Below, in pieces: positions 1 through 12,810 of a DNA stretch of 64,000 nt. Every line of letters begins with the position of its first letter. The stretch's first letter is position 1. Below the pieces are notes generated by a model, which worked only from the letters and a program-made list of their open reading frames with translations, was not told the DNA's origin and searched no databases. The translations under genes and the position numbers were made by a program. The stretch spans positions 213 to 64,212 of the forward strand of contig JAZOMV010000012.1 of assembly GCA_045654165.1 (NCBI GenBank), given 5' to 3'. The stretch is from Christensenellaceae bacterium. GTDB taxonomy: Bacteria > Bacillota > Clostridia > Christensenellales > Borkfalkiaceae.

Positions 1-695
1 TTGCCGTTGAGTTCAGGGATAACTAAGCCGATTGCTTTAGCAGCACCAGTAGAGTTAGGAACGATATTCATAGCGCCTGCTCTAGAACGTCTCTTGTCGC
101 CCTTCTTTTGAGGACCGTCAAGAATCATTTGGTCGCCGGTGTAAGCGTGTACGGTAGTCATGATACCAGATTGGATAGGAGCGTAATCGTTAAGAGCCTT
201 AGCCATAGGAGCAAGACAGTTCGTGGTGCAAGATGCAGCAGAAATGATCTTGTCTTCAGCCTTTAAGGTCTTGTGGTTTACGTTGTAAACGATAGTGGGA
301 AGATCGTTACCTGCAGGAGCAGAGATAACAACTTTCTTAGCGCCAGCAGCGATATGTGCAGCAGCCTTGTCTTTGCTGGTGTAGAAACCAGTACATTCTA
401 ATACAACGTCAACGTCGTATTGAGCCCATGGGCATTCAGCAGCGTTAGCGCACTTAGAAATTTTGATTTCCTTTCCGTCAACGATGATTGAATCTTCAGT
501 AGATTCTACAGTGTGACCTGCAGCTACGTAGTTACCCTGCATGGTGTCGTATTTAAGAAGATGAGCGAGCATTTCAGGGCTGGTAAGGTCGTTGATAGCA
601 ACTACTTCGTATCCTTCTGCGCCAAACATTTGTCTGAAAGCAAGACGGCCGATACGACCGAAACCGTTAATTGCAACTTTTGTTACTTTTGACAT
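1..695 (-). CDS. gap: glyceraldehyde-3-phosphate dehydrogenase, N-terminal ~231 codons (3' end lies beyond the window start)
   Basis: Not in the ORF track because no stop falls in the window. Minus-strand translation from ATG at 695-693 reads [21 protein letters not shown]... The NAD-binding GFGRIGR and catalytic SCTTNC (revcomp of about 214-240, in frame) are present. GGAGGA SD at 708-703. Confidence 0.9.
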   Translation of the reverse strand, partial: MSKVTKVAINGFGRIGRLAFRQMFGAEGYEVVAINDLTSPEMLAHLLKYDTMQGNYVAAGHTVESTEDSIIVDGKEIKISKCANAAECPWAQYDVDVVLECTGFYTSKDKAAAHIAAGAKKVVISAPAGNDLPTIVYNVNHKTLKAEDKIISAASCTTNCLAPMAKALNDYAPIQSGIMTTVHAYTGDQMILDGPQKKGDKRRSRAGAMNIVPNSTGAAKAIGLVIPELNG

Positions 696-762
696 GTCAA
701 TGTCCTCCAAAAATATATTTTTTACTTAAAATTTCCAAAATTTTTCAAATTTCGTCTTATAT

Positions 763-791
763 ATTATATAACCTAAATTGTTATTAGTCAA
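763..791 (-). promoter_or_regulatory. sigma-A-type promoter for gap
   Basis: Minus strand: TTGACT (791-786), 17-nt spacer, TATAAT (768-763). It lies about 70 nt upstream of the gap ATG and just downstream of the aminopeptidase stop. Confidence 0.55.
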
Positions 792-805
792 TTATTTTTT
801 ACGGC

Positions 806-1921
806 TTATTTTAAATTTTCAGGATTTAAACACAAAAGATCTTCTGTTACGAAAACCCCGTCCTTACGAATAAGTTCGCCGTCAAAATAAATTTCACCAC
901 CACCGTACTCTTTGGTTTGGATCAAAACCAAATCCCAATGTATAGCAGAAACGTTGCCGTTATAAGCATCATCATAGCAAGCACCGGGGGTAAAATGTAT
1001 AGAACCGGAAATTTTTTCGTCAAACAAGATATCGCCCATGGGCTTAACTATATACGGGTTTACGCCGAGCGCAAACTCACCCACGTATCTTGCCCCTTCG
1101 TCGGTATCTAAAATAGCGTTGAGTTTTTCCGTATTGTTTGCAGTTGCGTCTATAATCTTGCCGTCTTTGAAAGTAAGACGAACGTTTTCAAACTTAAACC
1201 CGTTTTCAACCGACGGAGCGTTAAAACAGATAACGCCGTTAACGCTGTCTTTCACGGGCGCAGTATAAATTTCGCCATCGGGAATATTTCTCTTACCCGA
1301 ACATTTATTGCTACCGATACCCTTGATAGAAAAGGTTATATCCGTGCCGTTGCCAACTATTCTAACCTTATCTGCAGAATTAAGGCGTTTGCCAAGCGCA
1401 TCCATAGCCTTATCCATTTTAGAATAGTCTAAATTGCAAACGATAAAATAAAAATCTTCAAAAGCGTCCGTACTCATGCCTGCTTGTTGAGCCATGCCTT
1501 GATTAGGATAACGCAAAACCACCCACTTGGTTTTCTTAACCCTTATCTCATGATGAACGGGGTGAGAATAGAACTCACTATTTATTCTTAACTTATCTTC
1601 AGGCACGTCGGAATTTTCGTTACAGTTTTCCCCACCACGAATACCTATATAAGCATCCATTTCCGACATACGTGCCCCGTCAAACTTGGCACGCATTTTT
1701 GCAAATTCTTCCGTTTCGCCAAGCAAGAGTTCACGAGTAATTCTATTATCGTAAAACTCAACGAAGGGATAAGCCCCAACTTTATACGCTTCTCTAACAA
1801 GCGCAGTAACTAACATATAATCTATACCTTTGGCTTCTATTAAAACCTTTTCGCCTTTTTTAAGTTCACAGGAATAATTGATTAAATTTTTCGCCAAAAG
1901 ATTTATGCGTTGATCTTGCAT
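806..1921 (-). CDS. aminopeptidase, M29 (AmpS/PepS) family
   Basis: ORF 806..1960. I prefer the start at Met14 (MQDQRINLLAKNL...) because AGGTGA sits just upstream. Length and N-terminal pattern (LINYSCELKKGEKVLIE) fit thermophilic-type M29 aminopeptidases. Confidence 0.75.
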   Translation of the reverse strand: MQDQRINLLAKNLINYSCELKKGEKVLIEAKGIDYMLVTALVREAYKVGAYPFVEFYDNRITRELLLGETEEFAKMRAKFDGARMSEMDAYIGIRGGENCNENSDVPEDKLRINSEFYSHPVHHEIRVKKTKWVVLRYPNQGMAQQAGMSTDAFEDFYFIVCNLDYSKMDKAMDALGKRLNSADKVRIVGNGTDITFSIKGIGSNKCSGKRNIPDGEIYTAPVKDSVNGVICFNAPSVENGFKFENVRLTFKDGKIIDATANNTEKLNAILDTDEGARYVGEFALGVNPYIVKPMGDILFDEKISGSIHFTPGACYDDAYNGNVSAIHWDLVLIQTKEYGGGEIYFDGELIRKDGVFVTEDLLCLNPENLK

Positions 1922-2114
1922 ATATTCACCTACTATTATAGTTTTTCCAATATTATACAACTAAAACCTATTTTTATAAAGTATTTTTAATAAGATTTAA
2001 AATTTATTTGCTAATTTGACAAAAACAATATATAATATATCTTGATAAGTATCGGGTTTTATTCTACCCGTAACGAACGAAAAAAATTTTTTATATATTA
2101 TAGGAGAAACAATC

Positions 2115-3110
2115 ATGGCATTAGTAAACTCTAAAAAGATGTTTGAAATGGCTTACAAGAACGGCTACGCTATCGGCGCTTTCAACGTTAACAACATGGA
2201 AATCGTTCAAGGTATTACCGAAGCTTGTAAAGAAGAAAAAGCACCCGTTATCCTTCAAGTTAGTAAGGGCGCAAGAGCATACGCTAACCACACCTATCTC
2301 GTAAAACTCGTTGAAGCAGCAGTTATCGAATGTCCCGATATCCCGATCGTTTTACACCTTGACCACGGCCCCGACTTCGAAACTTGTAAAGCAGTTATCG
2401 ACGGTGGTTTCACTTCAGTTATGATCGACGGTTCACATCTTCCATTCGAAGAAAACGTAGCTCTCACCAAGAAAGTTGTTGACTACGCTCACGACGTTGC
2501 TGCTAGAGGCAGATACATCACCGTAGAAGGCGAACTTGGTACTCTCGCTGGTATCGAAGACGACGTTAAGGTAGAACACGGTGCTGAAAGTTACACCAAA
2601 CCCGAAGAAGTTATCGAATTCGTTGAAAGAACGGGCGTTGATAGCCTTGCTATCGCTATCGGTACTTCACACGGCGCATACAAGTTCAAACCCCAACAAT
2701 GCACCAGAAACGAAGAAGGTATTCTCGTTCCCCCTGCACTTCGTTTTGATATCTTAGAAGAAGTTTCTAAGAAACTCCCTGGTTTCCCGATAGTTCTTCA
2801 CGGTTCTTCTTCAGTTCCACAAGACTACGTTAAGATGGTAAACGACAACGGTGGTAAGATGCCAGATGCTATCGGCGTTCCTGAAGCTCAACTCCGTAAG
2901 GCTGCAACCCTTTCAGTTTGCAAAATCAACATTGACTCTGACCTCCGTCTTGCAATGACCGGTACTGTTAGAAAGTTCTACAACGAACATCCTGACAAGT
3001 TCGACCCAAGAGAATACTTAAAACCTGCTCGTGCTAACATCAAAGAAATCGTTAGACACAAACTCGTTAACGTTCTCGGTTGCGCAGGCAAGGCTGACGA
3101 ATGCAAATAA
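2115..3110 (+). CDS. fba: class II fructose-1,6-bisphosphate aldolase
   Basis: MALVNSKKMFEMAYKNGYAIGAFNVNNMEIVQGI..., LHLDHG and GTSHGAYKF motifs. GGAGAA SD upstream. Confidence 0.9.
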   Translation: MALVNSKKMFEMAYKNGYAIGAFNVNNMEIVQGITEACKEEKAPVILQVSKGARAYANHTYLVKLVEAAVIECPDIPIVLHLDHGPDFETCKAVIDGGFTSVMIDGSHLPFEENVALTKKVVDYAHDVAARGRYITVEGELGTLAGIEDDVKVEHGAESYTKPEEVIEFVERTGVDSLAIAIGTSHGAYKFKPQQCTRNEEGILVPPALRFDILEEVSKKLPGFPIVLHGSSSVPQDYVKMVNDNGGKMPDAIGVPEAQLRKAATLSVCKINIDSDLRLAMTGTVRKFYNEHPDKFDPREYLKPARANIKEIVRHKLVNVLGCAGKADECK

Positions 3111-3126
3111 TTTGATTTAAAACTTA

Positions 3127-3160
3127 AAAGTGCGTATCGCTCGATACGCACTTTTTTATT
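3127..3160. terminator. bidirectional intrinsic terminator (fba / convergent membrane-protein gene)
   Basis: Perfect inverted repeat agtgcgtatcg/cgatacgcact flanked by an A-run and a T-run. Confidence 0.8.
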
Positions 3161-3533
3161 TTTTCACGTTGACGGATATTATACCCGAAACAGCACCTAT
3201 AATAGCCAAAAACAATAAGTCTAAGGTTTGTGCCGTTTTTAACCCCGTGCCAACCCCACATAGCGAAAATATCAAATAGATTACAAGGCTAGTCAAAACG
3301 CCTATTAAAAGCCCTTTTATTAAGCCTTGCTTTCCACTAATACAGGTTACGCAACCTAGGAAAACCGAAACCACTTTTATAAATTGATTAACCGATTTTA
3401 TCACGCCGTTGCTTAGATAAGTAAACTTTATAACTAGCGCAAACGCTAATATTGCTAAAAGGGTTACTATAATAGACGATAAAGCACCTTTTATAATTTG
3501 CTTAAAAAAGCCGTTTTTTTGAGTTTTTTCCAT
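3156..3533 (-). CDS. small integral membrane protein (about 4 TM; possibly TIGR04086/YrzE-like)
   Basis: ORF 3156..3548. ATG at 3533 (MEKTQKNGFFKQ...) has a GGGGGT SD-like element upstream. The rest is hydrophobic, with 4 predicted helices. Family assignment is from memory only. Confidence 0.45.
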   Translation of the reverse strand: MEKTQKNGFFKQIIKGALSSIIVTLLAILAFALVIKFTYLSNGVIKSVNQFIKVVSVFLGCVTCISGKQGLIKGLLIGVLTSLVIYLIFSLCGVGTGLKTAQTLDLLFLAIIGAVSGIISVNVKK

Positions 3534-3597
3534 AAAATAAACCCCCACTCTATAAAGTATAGATATGCGGGGGTTTTCTTTTTAATTACTTATTAAA

Positions 3598-4017
3598 TTA
3601 TTTTTCTTCAGTTTCTTTTGCAGGTTCTTCAGCCACAACGCTTGCGCTACCTTGTGCAGGTGCAGTTTGGTAAATTGCACCCTTGTCAAACTTAACGTAA
3701 GACTTGTTTTCTTCTAAACCGGTTTCAAGAACGAAAGTATTTTCAGCGTCGTTAATTTGAGCAACGAAACCACAAATACCACCGATAGTTTTTACTCTGT
3801 CGCCTATTTTGAGAGAGTTAACCATGTTTTGTGCTTCTTTTTGTTTCTTTTTGCCAGAAATAGATTGCCATACGAAAAGACCGATAATTGCAACAACGAT
3901 AACTACCATAGCGATAATAGTACCGATTTGGTTACCACCGGTTTTTTCTGGGGTAGTAGTAGCGCCACCACCTGCTTGCGTATCAAACAAAGCAATTAGT
4001 AAGTTGAAAAGTTTCAT
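3598..4017 (-). CDS. yajC: preprotein translocase subunit YajC
   Basis: Single TM followed by GDRVKTIGGICGFV...FVLETG, typical of YajC. Sits next to tgt/queA as in many Firmicutes. Confidence 0.85.
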   Translation of the reverse strand: MKLFNLLIALFDTQAGGGATTTPEKTGGNQIGTIIAMVVIVVAIIGLFVWQSISGKKKQKEAQNMVNSLKIGDRVKTIGGICGFVAQINDAENTFVLETGLEENKSYVKFDKGAIYQTAPAQGSASVVAEEPAKETEEK

Positions 4018-4123
4018 ATTATATCTCCTTTAAGATTAGTTTTTAACTTCTTTTATATTTTAATGCTTTTACGCACTAAAATCAAGTGTTTTTGATATTT
4101 TTATTGATTTTCGACAATAATAG

Positions 4124-6261
<2,138 letters not shown>

Positions 6262-6275
<14 letters not shown>

Positions 6276-7308
6276 CTGTGTTAAAAATACTCAACTGCCT
6301 TTCTTTTTCTACGGGCATTTTTAGCCCAACGTGTTCGTAGCCTGCTTTAAGCAAAACTCTACCCCTTGGCGTGCGTGCTATAAAGCCAAGTTGTAATAAA
6401 TACGGTTCGTAAACGTCTTCTATGGTGTTAGCGTCTTCGTTTATAGTTGCGGCAAGCGTATCTAAACCACACGGCCCACCACCAAATTTTTCTGCCATAC
6501 TCTTTAACAAATTAACGTCTACTGCATCTAAGCCAAGTTCGTCTATTTCCATCATTTTAAGAGCCGACTGTGCATCGGAAAGCAAAACGGTATCGTGCCC
6601 TTTAACCATTGCGTAATCTCTTACTCTACGCAAAAGCCTATTTGCAATACGGGGCGTACCACGACTGCGTTTACCGATTTCGCAAGCAGCGTCTTTTTCT
6701 ATACTTACGCCAAGCATCTTGGCAGCACGCTCTACTATTTCGGTAAGTTGGTCCTGCGTATAATTTTCTAGCCTACAAATAAGCCCGAATCTATCACGCA
6801 AGGGCGAAGACAACATGCCGGCTTTGGTAGTTGCGCCGATAAGCGTGAACTTCGGCAACGGTATTTGCACGTTTTGTGCAGACGGACCTTTTCCCAAAAT
6901 AAAGTCTAAGAAATAATCTTCCATTGCAGGATAAAGTATTTCTTCTACGTTTCTATTAAGACGGTGAATTTCGTCTATAAACAACACGTCACGATCGTTA
7001 AGGTTAGTTAATATCGCAGCCAAATCACCTTGATGCGCTATCGCAGGACCACTTGTGATTTTTATTTGCGTACCCAACTCGCTTGCAATAATATGCGCAA
7101 GCGTGGTTTTACCAAGACCGGGTGGGCCGTATAAAAGAACGTGATCAAGAGCGTCGTTTCTCATCTTTGCCGCCGTCATTGACACCACTAAATTATCTTT
7201 TATTTTCTCTTGCCCAACGTAGCCGTCCATCGACTTTGGTCTAAGAATATTCTCAACGTCTTGCTCGGAATCGTTTACCGTGCTTGTGACTAATCTTTCT
7301 TCTTCCAT
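6262..7308 (-). CDS. ruvB: Holliday junction branch migration DNA helicase RuvB
   Basis: Walker [22 protein letters not shown]...L..PLRDRFG. Overlaps queA by 14 nt. Confidence 0.95.
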
Positions 7309-7318
7309 TTTTATATCC

Positions 7319-7924
7319 CTATTTGATATTCTTTAAGCAGTACGCAATAAGCGCTTGCACGCCTTGAACGTTCTCTTGCTTTGCTTTCGTTAAAACGGCA
7401 ACGCTTTCTTGCTTGGTAAAGCCTAACCCCGTGAGTGCAAGCATAACGTCTTGACTCTCTGCGTCTGAAAGGTCTACCGTAGGCGTATCTTCTTTCTTGC
7501 CTTTCTTTTCGGTTTCTTTTAATTCTTCGCCCATCTTTTCACGAAGTTCAACGATAATCATTTCGGCTTTTTTCTTGCCCAAGCCCTTAACTTGCGAAAG
7601 CCCCTTAACGTCGCTAGTCGCTATCTTTACGGCTAAATCTTTAAGGCTCATATTTGAAAGCACTGTCATACCCATTTTCGGACCTATGCCAGAAACGGTT
7701 ATTAGTTTTAAAAACATTTTCTTTTCTTCTAAACTCTTAAAACCGTAAAGACTAATATCGTCTTCTCTAACAGCCATATAGGTGTAAACTGCGCCACCAC
7801 CCTGACTTAAAATTTCTCTATATGCTTCGGCAGACGGGGTTATTGAAAAGCCCACGCCGTTATTTTCAAGTATAATTTCGCCTTCCGTATCGGCGATAAG
7901 TTTACCTTTTACGTATCCTATCAT
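7319..7924 (-). CDS. ruvA: Holliday junction DNA helicase RuvA
   Basis: MIGYVKGKL..., HhH region VSGIGPKMG, adjacent to ruvB and ruvC. Confidence 0.9.
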   Translation of the reverse strand: MIGYVKGKLIADTEGEIILENNGVGFSITPSAEAYREILSQGGGAVYTYMAVREDDISLYGFKSLEEKKMFLKLITVSGIGPKMGMTVLSNMSLKDLAVKIATSDVKGLSQVKGLGKKKAEMIIVELREKMGEELKETEKKGKKEDTPTVDLSDAESQDVMLALTGLGFTKQESVAVLTKAKQENVQGVQALIAYCLKNIK

Positions 7925-7932
7925 ATTCTCTC

Positions 7933-8427
7933 CTAAATTCTAAATAGCGAACCGAATTTGTTTGTTTGTGCATGCGTAAGCGCAACGGCAAGTGCGTCTG
8001 CAGCGTCATCCGGCTTAGGTACGGCTTTAAGATTGAGAAAAGTTTTTACCATTGCTTGTATTTGTTTCTTTTCTGCTCTGCCGTAGCCGGTTAACGCCTG
8101 TTTTATTTGTAAGGGGGTATATTCGTAAATTCTACCACACTCTTTTATGCAAGTGAGCAACACTACACCCCTTGCGTGCGCAACGTTAATACCCGTAGTA
8201 ACGTTTTTCGCAAAGAATAATTCTTCTATCGCAATTTCATCAGGCTTATATTTTTCTATAATTTGCTTTACGCCTTGCTCTATCATGCAAAGCCTTACGG
8301 CAAGGTTTTCCTCTTTCGGTGTGGAAACTATACCGTAATCAAGCATTTCGGGTTTGCCCCGTTGTTCTTTTTTTATTACCCCGTAACCAAGCGTTGCTAG
8401 ACCGGGGTCAAAACCTACGATAATCAT
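7933..8427 (-). CDS. ruvC: crossover junction endodeoxyribonuclease RuvC
   Basis: MIIVGFDPGLATLGYGVI..., EELFF, DAADALAVALTH. Confidence 0.9.
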   Translation of the reverse strand: MIIVGFDPGLATLGYGVIKKEQRGKPEMLDYGIVSTPKEENLAVRLCMIEQGVKQIIEKYKPDEIAIEELFFAKNVTTGINVAHARGVVLLTCIKECGRIYEYTPLQIKQALTGYGRAEKKQIQAMVKTFLNLKAVPKPDDAADALAVALTHAQTNKFGSLFRI

Positions 8428-8532
8428 ACTCTTTTATTTTACTTTAATTTAGTTAAAAAGTCAATGAAAACATACAAAAACCCTTGCAAATTAAAAGCGT
8501 GAAGTTTTTTATAACCCCACGCTTAGTTTTTA

Positions 8533-9837
8533 TTAAAATAACACGCCGTTTTCTATCGGTTGAATACTACTTAATTGAGAAGTAGGATAATACTGCGTAT
8601 CGCAGAAAATATACTGCGTTGCTTGCATCTCTATCACCTTTTGAACGGTTTGCCCGTTTTCTACCCTTGATACTCTCAAAAACACTTTGTCGCCGTGTTT
8701 TAACGAACCGAACACCGAAGAAACTGCCGTGTTACCCGTTACGTCTGCAGTCGTGTCAAGACCTTCTAAACTTGTTGCAATTCTTAATATTATATCCCCA
8801 GCCAAAAGCCCTGCCTTTTGCGCTTTGCTATTATCCACGACAGATTTTACCGTTACCGTTTGATTACTAGCACCCGTAACAAACCCAAACTGCGTCATCC
8901 TATTAGAGATATACCCGTAGTTTTGCGCAGTTGCCGTTGCTAAAAGTTGGGTTGCAATATTCTTAAACCCGTTGTCTTTCGTTCCGTTAGCCTCGTCTAT
9001 AACGAAAGGGATTGCGTAGTTAAGCCCACTATACTTGTCACTACCACTGTTAGTTAAACCTATCAATTCGCCGTACATATTAAATAATGCGCCACCCGAA
9101 CTACCGTGATAGATATCCACGTTGATTTGCATAAGCGTCATATTGCCAACGGGTTCCACATAAGTTTCTCTATTTAGATAACTTATCGTACCGATTGAAA
9201 CCGTCCCCGGCAAGTAGCCCGCGGGATTACCGATTGCCACGACGTCTTCTGCAACTTTAGGTTTATATTCGTCTATAGGCATATACACTTCTACTATATC
9301 GCTTGGCGAAACGGAAGTTCCACTAATATCAAGTTTAAGCACGGCAACGTCAGACTTGGCATCACCACCGATTAGAGAAACGTTGCCTTGTTTTGCGCCT
9401 ATATATCCCGTAAACACAAACTTTTGATTGTAATCGCTCTCGCCGGCGTTATCCCCTTCTTTATCGGGAACGAACACCGTTATTTTGCCAAGGCTTGAAA
9501 TAACGTGATGACAAGTTAAAATATAAAACACGCTTGAACTTTCAGAGCCTTCTTTATCCATAGCAACTATAACGCCCGAACCGTAACTTGTACTTTCACC
9601 GTTTTCCATCATAATAGCGACTACCGAACGATTAACTTCAGCAACTAGATCTACCTTATCAAGTTTTACCCTGTTTCCCGTTTTGGTCGGAATAGAAACG
9701 CTGTGCATTTGTGCAACCGAATCGGGCAAGTTAGCAATATCCCCCCTATCCACGAAAAAGAAAGCGCAACCCGAAAGCCCCGTCAGTAAAGATATCGTCA
9801 TTATTAAAGCGATCAATTTTATAATTAGTTTTTTCAT
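8533..9837 (-). CDS. S1C (HtrA/DegP-like) serine protease lipoprotein with C-terminal PDZ
   Basis: Lipobox LTGLSGC. Catalytic triad contexts LTCHHVI, SDVAVLKL and GSSGGALFN. PDZ-like KAGLLAGDIILRI. Confidence 0.8.
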   Translation of the reverse strand: MKKLIIKLIALIMTISLLTGLSGCAFFFVDRGDIANLPDSVAQMHSVSIPTKTGNRVKLDKVDLVAEVNRSVVAIMMENGESTSYGSGVIVAMDKEGSESSSVFYILTCHHVISSLGKITVFVPDKEGDNAGESDYNQKFVFTGYIGAKQGNVSLIGGDAKSDVAVLKLDISGTSVSPSDIVEVYMPIDEYKPKVAEDVVAIGNPAGYLPGTVSIGTISYLNRETYVEPVGNMTLMQINVDIYHGSSGGALFNMYGELIGLTNSGSDKYSGLNYAIPFVIDEANGTKDNGFKNIATQLLATATAQNYGYISNRMTQFGFVTGASNQTVTVKSVVDNSKAQKAGLLAGDIILRIATSLEGLDTTADVTGNTAVSSVFGSLKHGDKVFLRVSRVENGQTVQKVIEMQATQYIFCDTQYYPTSQLSSIQPIENGVLF

Positions 9838-9953
9838 ATAATCCTCACTTTATTGAGATTAAGTATATTTTACCACACTTTTCTTAATTATAACTTAAAT
9901 TTATTCAAATTTTTTAATTTATATTTAATAAATCTTAAATTTTTTATGAAACT

Positions 9954-9985
9954 AAAAAGGACAAAATAATAATTTTGCCCTTTTT
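9954..9985. terminator. intrinsic terminator downstream of yebC
   Basis: ggacaaaat-aata-attttgccc hairpin (one G-T wobble) flanked by A5 and T5. Confidence 0.55.
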
Positions 9986-10123
9986 GAAAGTTCAAGCAAT
10001 AAAAGATTACCACCCAAACTTTATATATTAACGGGTAGTAATCTTGAAATAAATTAAAAAAAATTTACCTTACTCCCGACAACTTTAAGTATTAGCAAAT
10101 AAGGTAAATTTATTCATCTTTTA

Positions 10124-10861
10124 TTATTCTTCGTCTTCTTCTGGAAGATCTACGTTGTGGTAAACGTTTTGAACGTCGTCTAAATCGTCAAGCGCATCAA
10201 CGAGTTTTTTGAACTTAACTAGATCGTCGCCCGAAAGCGTAACCTTGTTTTGAGGGATCATTTCTATTTGAGCCCCAAAGAAAGTTAAGCCCTTTTCTTC
10301 AAGATATTTTCTTACTGCAGAGAAGTTTGCAACCGTCGTGTGAACAACGAAAGAATCGTCTTCACTAATAACGTCGTCTGCCCCTGCTTCAAGAGCGTAT
10401 TCCATAACGGTATCTTCTTCAAGACCTGCAGTTCTTTCAACAACGATAACGCCCGTTCTACTGAAAGTGAACGCAACGCAACCAGAGTTGCCGAGTGAAC
10501 CACCGTGCTTTCTCATAACCGTTCTTACGTAATCTACCGTACGGTTTTTGTTATCGGTAAGCGCTTCTATTATGATTGCACTACCTGCTTGACCGTAACC
10601 TTCGTAAGTAAGTTCTTCATAAGTGCCTGCAGAAAGTTCGCCTGATGCCTTTGCAATACATTTTTTAATGTTATCGTTAGGCATGTTTGCCGCTTTTGCT
10701 TTTGCAATAGCGTCTGCAAGTTTACTGTTAGTAGAAGGATCGGGATTGTTTTTTGCTGCAACTGCGATTTCTCTACCGATTTTGGTAAAAATTTTACCCT
10801 TAGCAGCGTCCGTTTTTGCTTTCTTTGCCGCAATATTCGCAGCATGGCTATGTCCTGACAT
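10124..10861 (-). CDS. yebC: YebC/PmpR family DNA-binding transcriptional regulator
   Basis: MSGHSHAANIAAKKAKTDAAKGKIFTK... and overall YebC architecture. Confidence 0.9.
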   Translation of the reverse strand: MSGHSHAANIAAKKAKTDAAKGKIFTKIGREIAVAAKNNPDPSTNSKLADAIAKAKAANMPNDNIKKCIAKASGELSAGTYEELTYEGYGQAGSAIIIEALTDNKNRTVDYVRTVMRKHGGSLGNSGCVAFTFSRTGVIVVERTAGLEEDTVMEYALEAGADDVISEDDSFVVHTTVANFSAVRKYLEEKGLTFFGAQIEMIPQNKVTLSGDDLVKFKKLVDALDDLDDVQNVYHNVDLPEEDEE

Positions 10862-10873
10862 ATTCTCTCTCCT

Positions 10874-11599
10874 TTATTTTAAATTATACATTAATATCCC
10901 TGCAGAAACGGCTGCGTTTAGACTTTCCATACCGTTTTCCATCGGAATACTTACCGTGATATTAGCCTTGTCTTTTAATAGACTGCTCACACCACGACCT
11001 TCGTTACCGATAACCAAACAAAAATTCCCGTTTATCTTTTTTTCAAAGACGTTTTCACCACCCATGTCTGCAACTACAATAGGATAAGGGATAACTGACA
11101 AAAGATCTTCTGCCTTGCCCCTTATGATTTTGCTACGGAACACCCCACTCATACTACTGCGCACACATTTGTGCGAAAAGGGGTCTGCACAATCTTCGGT
11201 CATATAAATTTCTCTATACCCCGAAGCCACGGCAGTTCTTAAAATAGCGCCCACGTTGTTTGGGTCTGCAACCCCGTCTAAAAATAGGCAACTGCCCGTT
11301 GGCGCTACGATTTTATTCGCAGGCTTTTCAACTACTGCAAGAACGCCTTGTGGGGTTACTTCGTTACTGACCGATTTGTAAACCTGTTCGTCGCACTCTT
11401 CGGTTCTAACGCCCGTTTCACCAAGCATAGAAAGAGCCTTAGCCGTGCCTAGAATAACTTTTATCGGCAAGCCTAAACCTATCGTTTCCTTAACCGTTTT
11501 AACGCCTTCTATAACGTAAAGATTAAGTTGATCACGAAACTTTTTATCCGAAAGAGAACGAATTTCTTTAACGAGTGAATTTTGTTTAGAAGTTATCAT
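10874..11599 (-). CDS. TrmH/SpoU-family RNA 2'-O-methyltransferase
   Basis: Motifs NVGAILRTA, LVIGNEGRGVS, IPM..GMESLNAAVSAGILMY. I prefer the start at Met10 (MITSKQNSLVKEIRSL). Confidence 0.85.
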   Translation of the reverse strand: MITSKQNSLVKEIRSLSDKKFRDQLNLYVIEGVKTVKETIGLGLPIKVILGTAKALSMLGETGVRTEECDEQVYKSVSNEVTPQGVLAVVEKPANKIVAPTGSCLFLDGVADPNNVGAILRTAVASGYREIYMTEDCADPFSHKCVRSSMSGVFRSKIIRGKAEDLLSVIPYPIVVADMGGENVFEKKINGNFCLVIGNEGRGVSSLLKDKANITVSIPMENGMESLNAAVSAGILMYNLK

Positions 11600-11603
11600 C
11601 ACA

Positions 11604-11640
11604 CCAAAATAAAGCCTACGGAACAACTCGGTAGGCTTTA
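11604..11640 (-). terminator. intrinsic terminator after rplT
   Basis: Minus strand: aaagcctac-(11 nt)-gtaggcttt followed by ATTTTG. Confidence 0.6.
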
Positions 11641-11647
11641 AAAACTA

Positions 11648-11998
11648 TTATATGTTTGCTTTTGCCTTTTCGCAAAGAGCCGTGAAAGCAGTTGCATCGC
11701 TAACTGCGATTTCAGCAAGAACCTTTCTGTTAAGATCAATGCCGGCTTTCTTCAAACCGAACATGAACTTGCTGTAAGAAAGACCGTTAAGTCTTGCAGC
11801 AGCGTTAATTCTTGCAATCCAAAGAGAACGGAAATCTCTTTTCTTAGCCTTTCTACCGATATAAGCATACATACCTGCCTTCATAACGGCTTCACGAGCT
11901 ACTCTATATCTTTTGCTTCTGCCACCAAAGTAACCTTTAGCGAGTTTTAATATTTTTCTACGCTTTTTAACAGCGTTTACTGCTCTTTTAATACGCAT
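11648..11998 (-). CDS. rplT: 50S ribosomal protein L20
   Basis: [25 protein letters not shown]... Confidence 0.95.
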   Translation of the reverse strand: MRIKRAVNAVKKRRKILKLAKGYFGGRSKRYRVAREAVMKAGMYAYIGRKAKKRDFRSLWIARINAAARLNGLSYSKFMFGLKKAGIDLNRKVLAEIAVSDATAFTALCEKAKANI

Positions 11999-12016
11999 AA
12001 TTCTATCTCCTTTCTA

Positions 12017-12214
12017 CTATTTATTGTAAATGAGCGTTTGGATAGTCTTCTGCTGAGTAGCGTCTACGTAAGCACCCTGGCAGAGATTATTCTTTCTCTT
12101 TCTGTCTTTCTTGGTTAAAATGTGGTTCTTGCCCGAACAAGATCTTTTGATTTTGCCCGTTGCGGTTGTTCTAAAACGTTTTTTAGCCGCACTTTTGGTT
12201 TTCATTTTAGGCAT
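12017..12214 (-). CDS. rpmI: 50S ribosomal protein L35
   Basis: [24 protein letters not shown]... Confidence 0.95.
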   Translation of the reverse strand: MPKMKTKSAAKKRFRTTATGKIKRSCSGKNHILTKKDRKRKNNLCQGAYVDATQQKTIQTLIYNK

Positions 12215-12245
12215 AGTTATGTCCTCCGTTTATTGTTTTTTAAGT

Positions 12246-12758
12246 TTACGCTTTTACCGGTACGAGCATCATCCAAATATTTCTGCCCTCGGTAAGCGGT
12301 TGCTTTTCCATAGTTCCGTACTCTTTAACGAGTTCGTAAAATCTTTTCATAACGTCAAGACCGAGTTCTGAGTGCGCCATTTGACGGCCACGCATTCTTA
12401 TCGATACTTTAACTTTATTACCCGCACTTAAGAACTTTTGCGCTTGCTTTGCTTTTACGTTAAGATCGCCAACGTCAATAGTCATTGAAAGCCAAACTTC
12501 TTTAATTTCGATAACCTTTTGGTTCTTCTTTTGTTCTTTTGCTTTCTTCGTAAGTTCAAACAAATATTTGCCGTAGTTCATAACTTTACATACGGGTGGG
12601 GTTGCGTTGGGTGAAATTTTCACAAGGTCAAGCCCTGCGTCTTCTGCAATATTTAACGCCTCTCTTAAAGAAACTATTCCAAGTTGTTCACCGGTTTCCC
12701 CGATCAAACGCACTTCTTTATCTCTTATTTCTGCGTTAATTTGATGTTCTTTTTTAAT
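12246..12758 (-). CDS. infC: translation initiation factor IF-3, ATT start codon
   Basis: The ORF-track entry begins at an internal Met. The frame stays open upstream to ATT at 12758-12756 (IKKEHQINAEIRDKEVRLIGE...), which is preceded by a GAGAGG SD. A non-canonical AUU start is the conserved autoregulatory feature of infC. Confidence 0.9.
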   Translation of the reverse strand: MKKEHQINAEIRDKEVRLIGETGEQLGIVSLREALNIAEDAGLDLVKISPNATPPVCKVMNYGKYLFELTKKAKEQKKNQKVIEIKEVWLSMTIDVGDLNVKAKQAQKFLSAGNKVKVSIRMRGRQMAHSELGLDVMKRFYELVKEYGTMEKQPLTEGRNIWMMLVPVKA

Positions 12759-12810
12759 GGTTTTATACCTCTCTATAATATTTTCCTTTTACCCTTTCGG
12801 GTGGAATACC

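Noticed and set aside
2007-2036. Promoter for fba: TTGACA at 2016-2021 with TATAAT at 2031-2036.
   Set aside because: That pair is only 9 nt apart. The alternative TTTGCT-18-TATAAT is possible but too weak to report as a feature.
9838-10123. 286-nt intergenic region between yebC and the HtrA-like gene, examined for a small RNA, tRNA or small ORF.
   Set aside because: The sequence is very AT-rich. It holds only three inverted repeats (10061-10111, 10005-10043, 9959-9980), which are best read as stacked terminators for yebC, plus a likely promoter for the protease gene. I saw nothing resembling SRP RNA, 6S, tmRNA or RNase P RNA.
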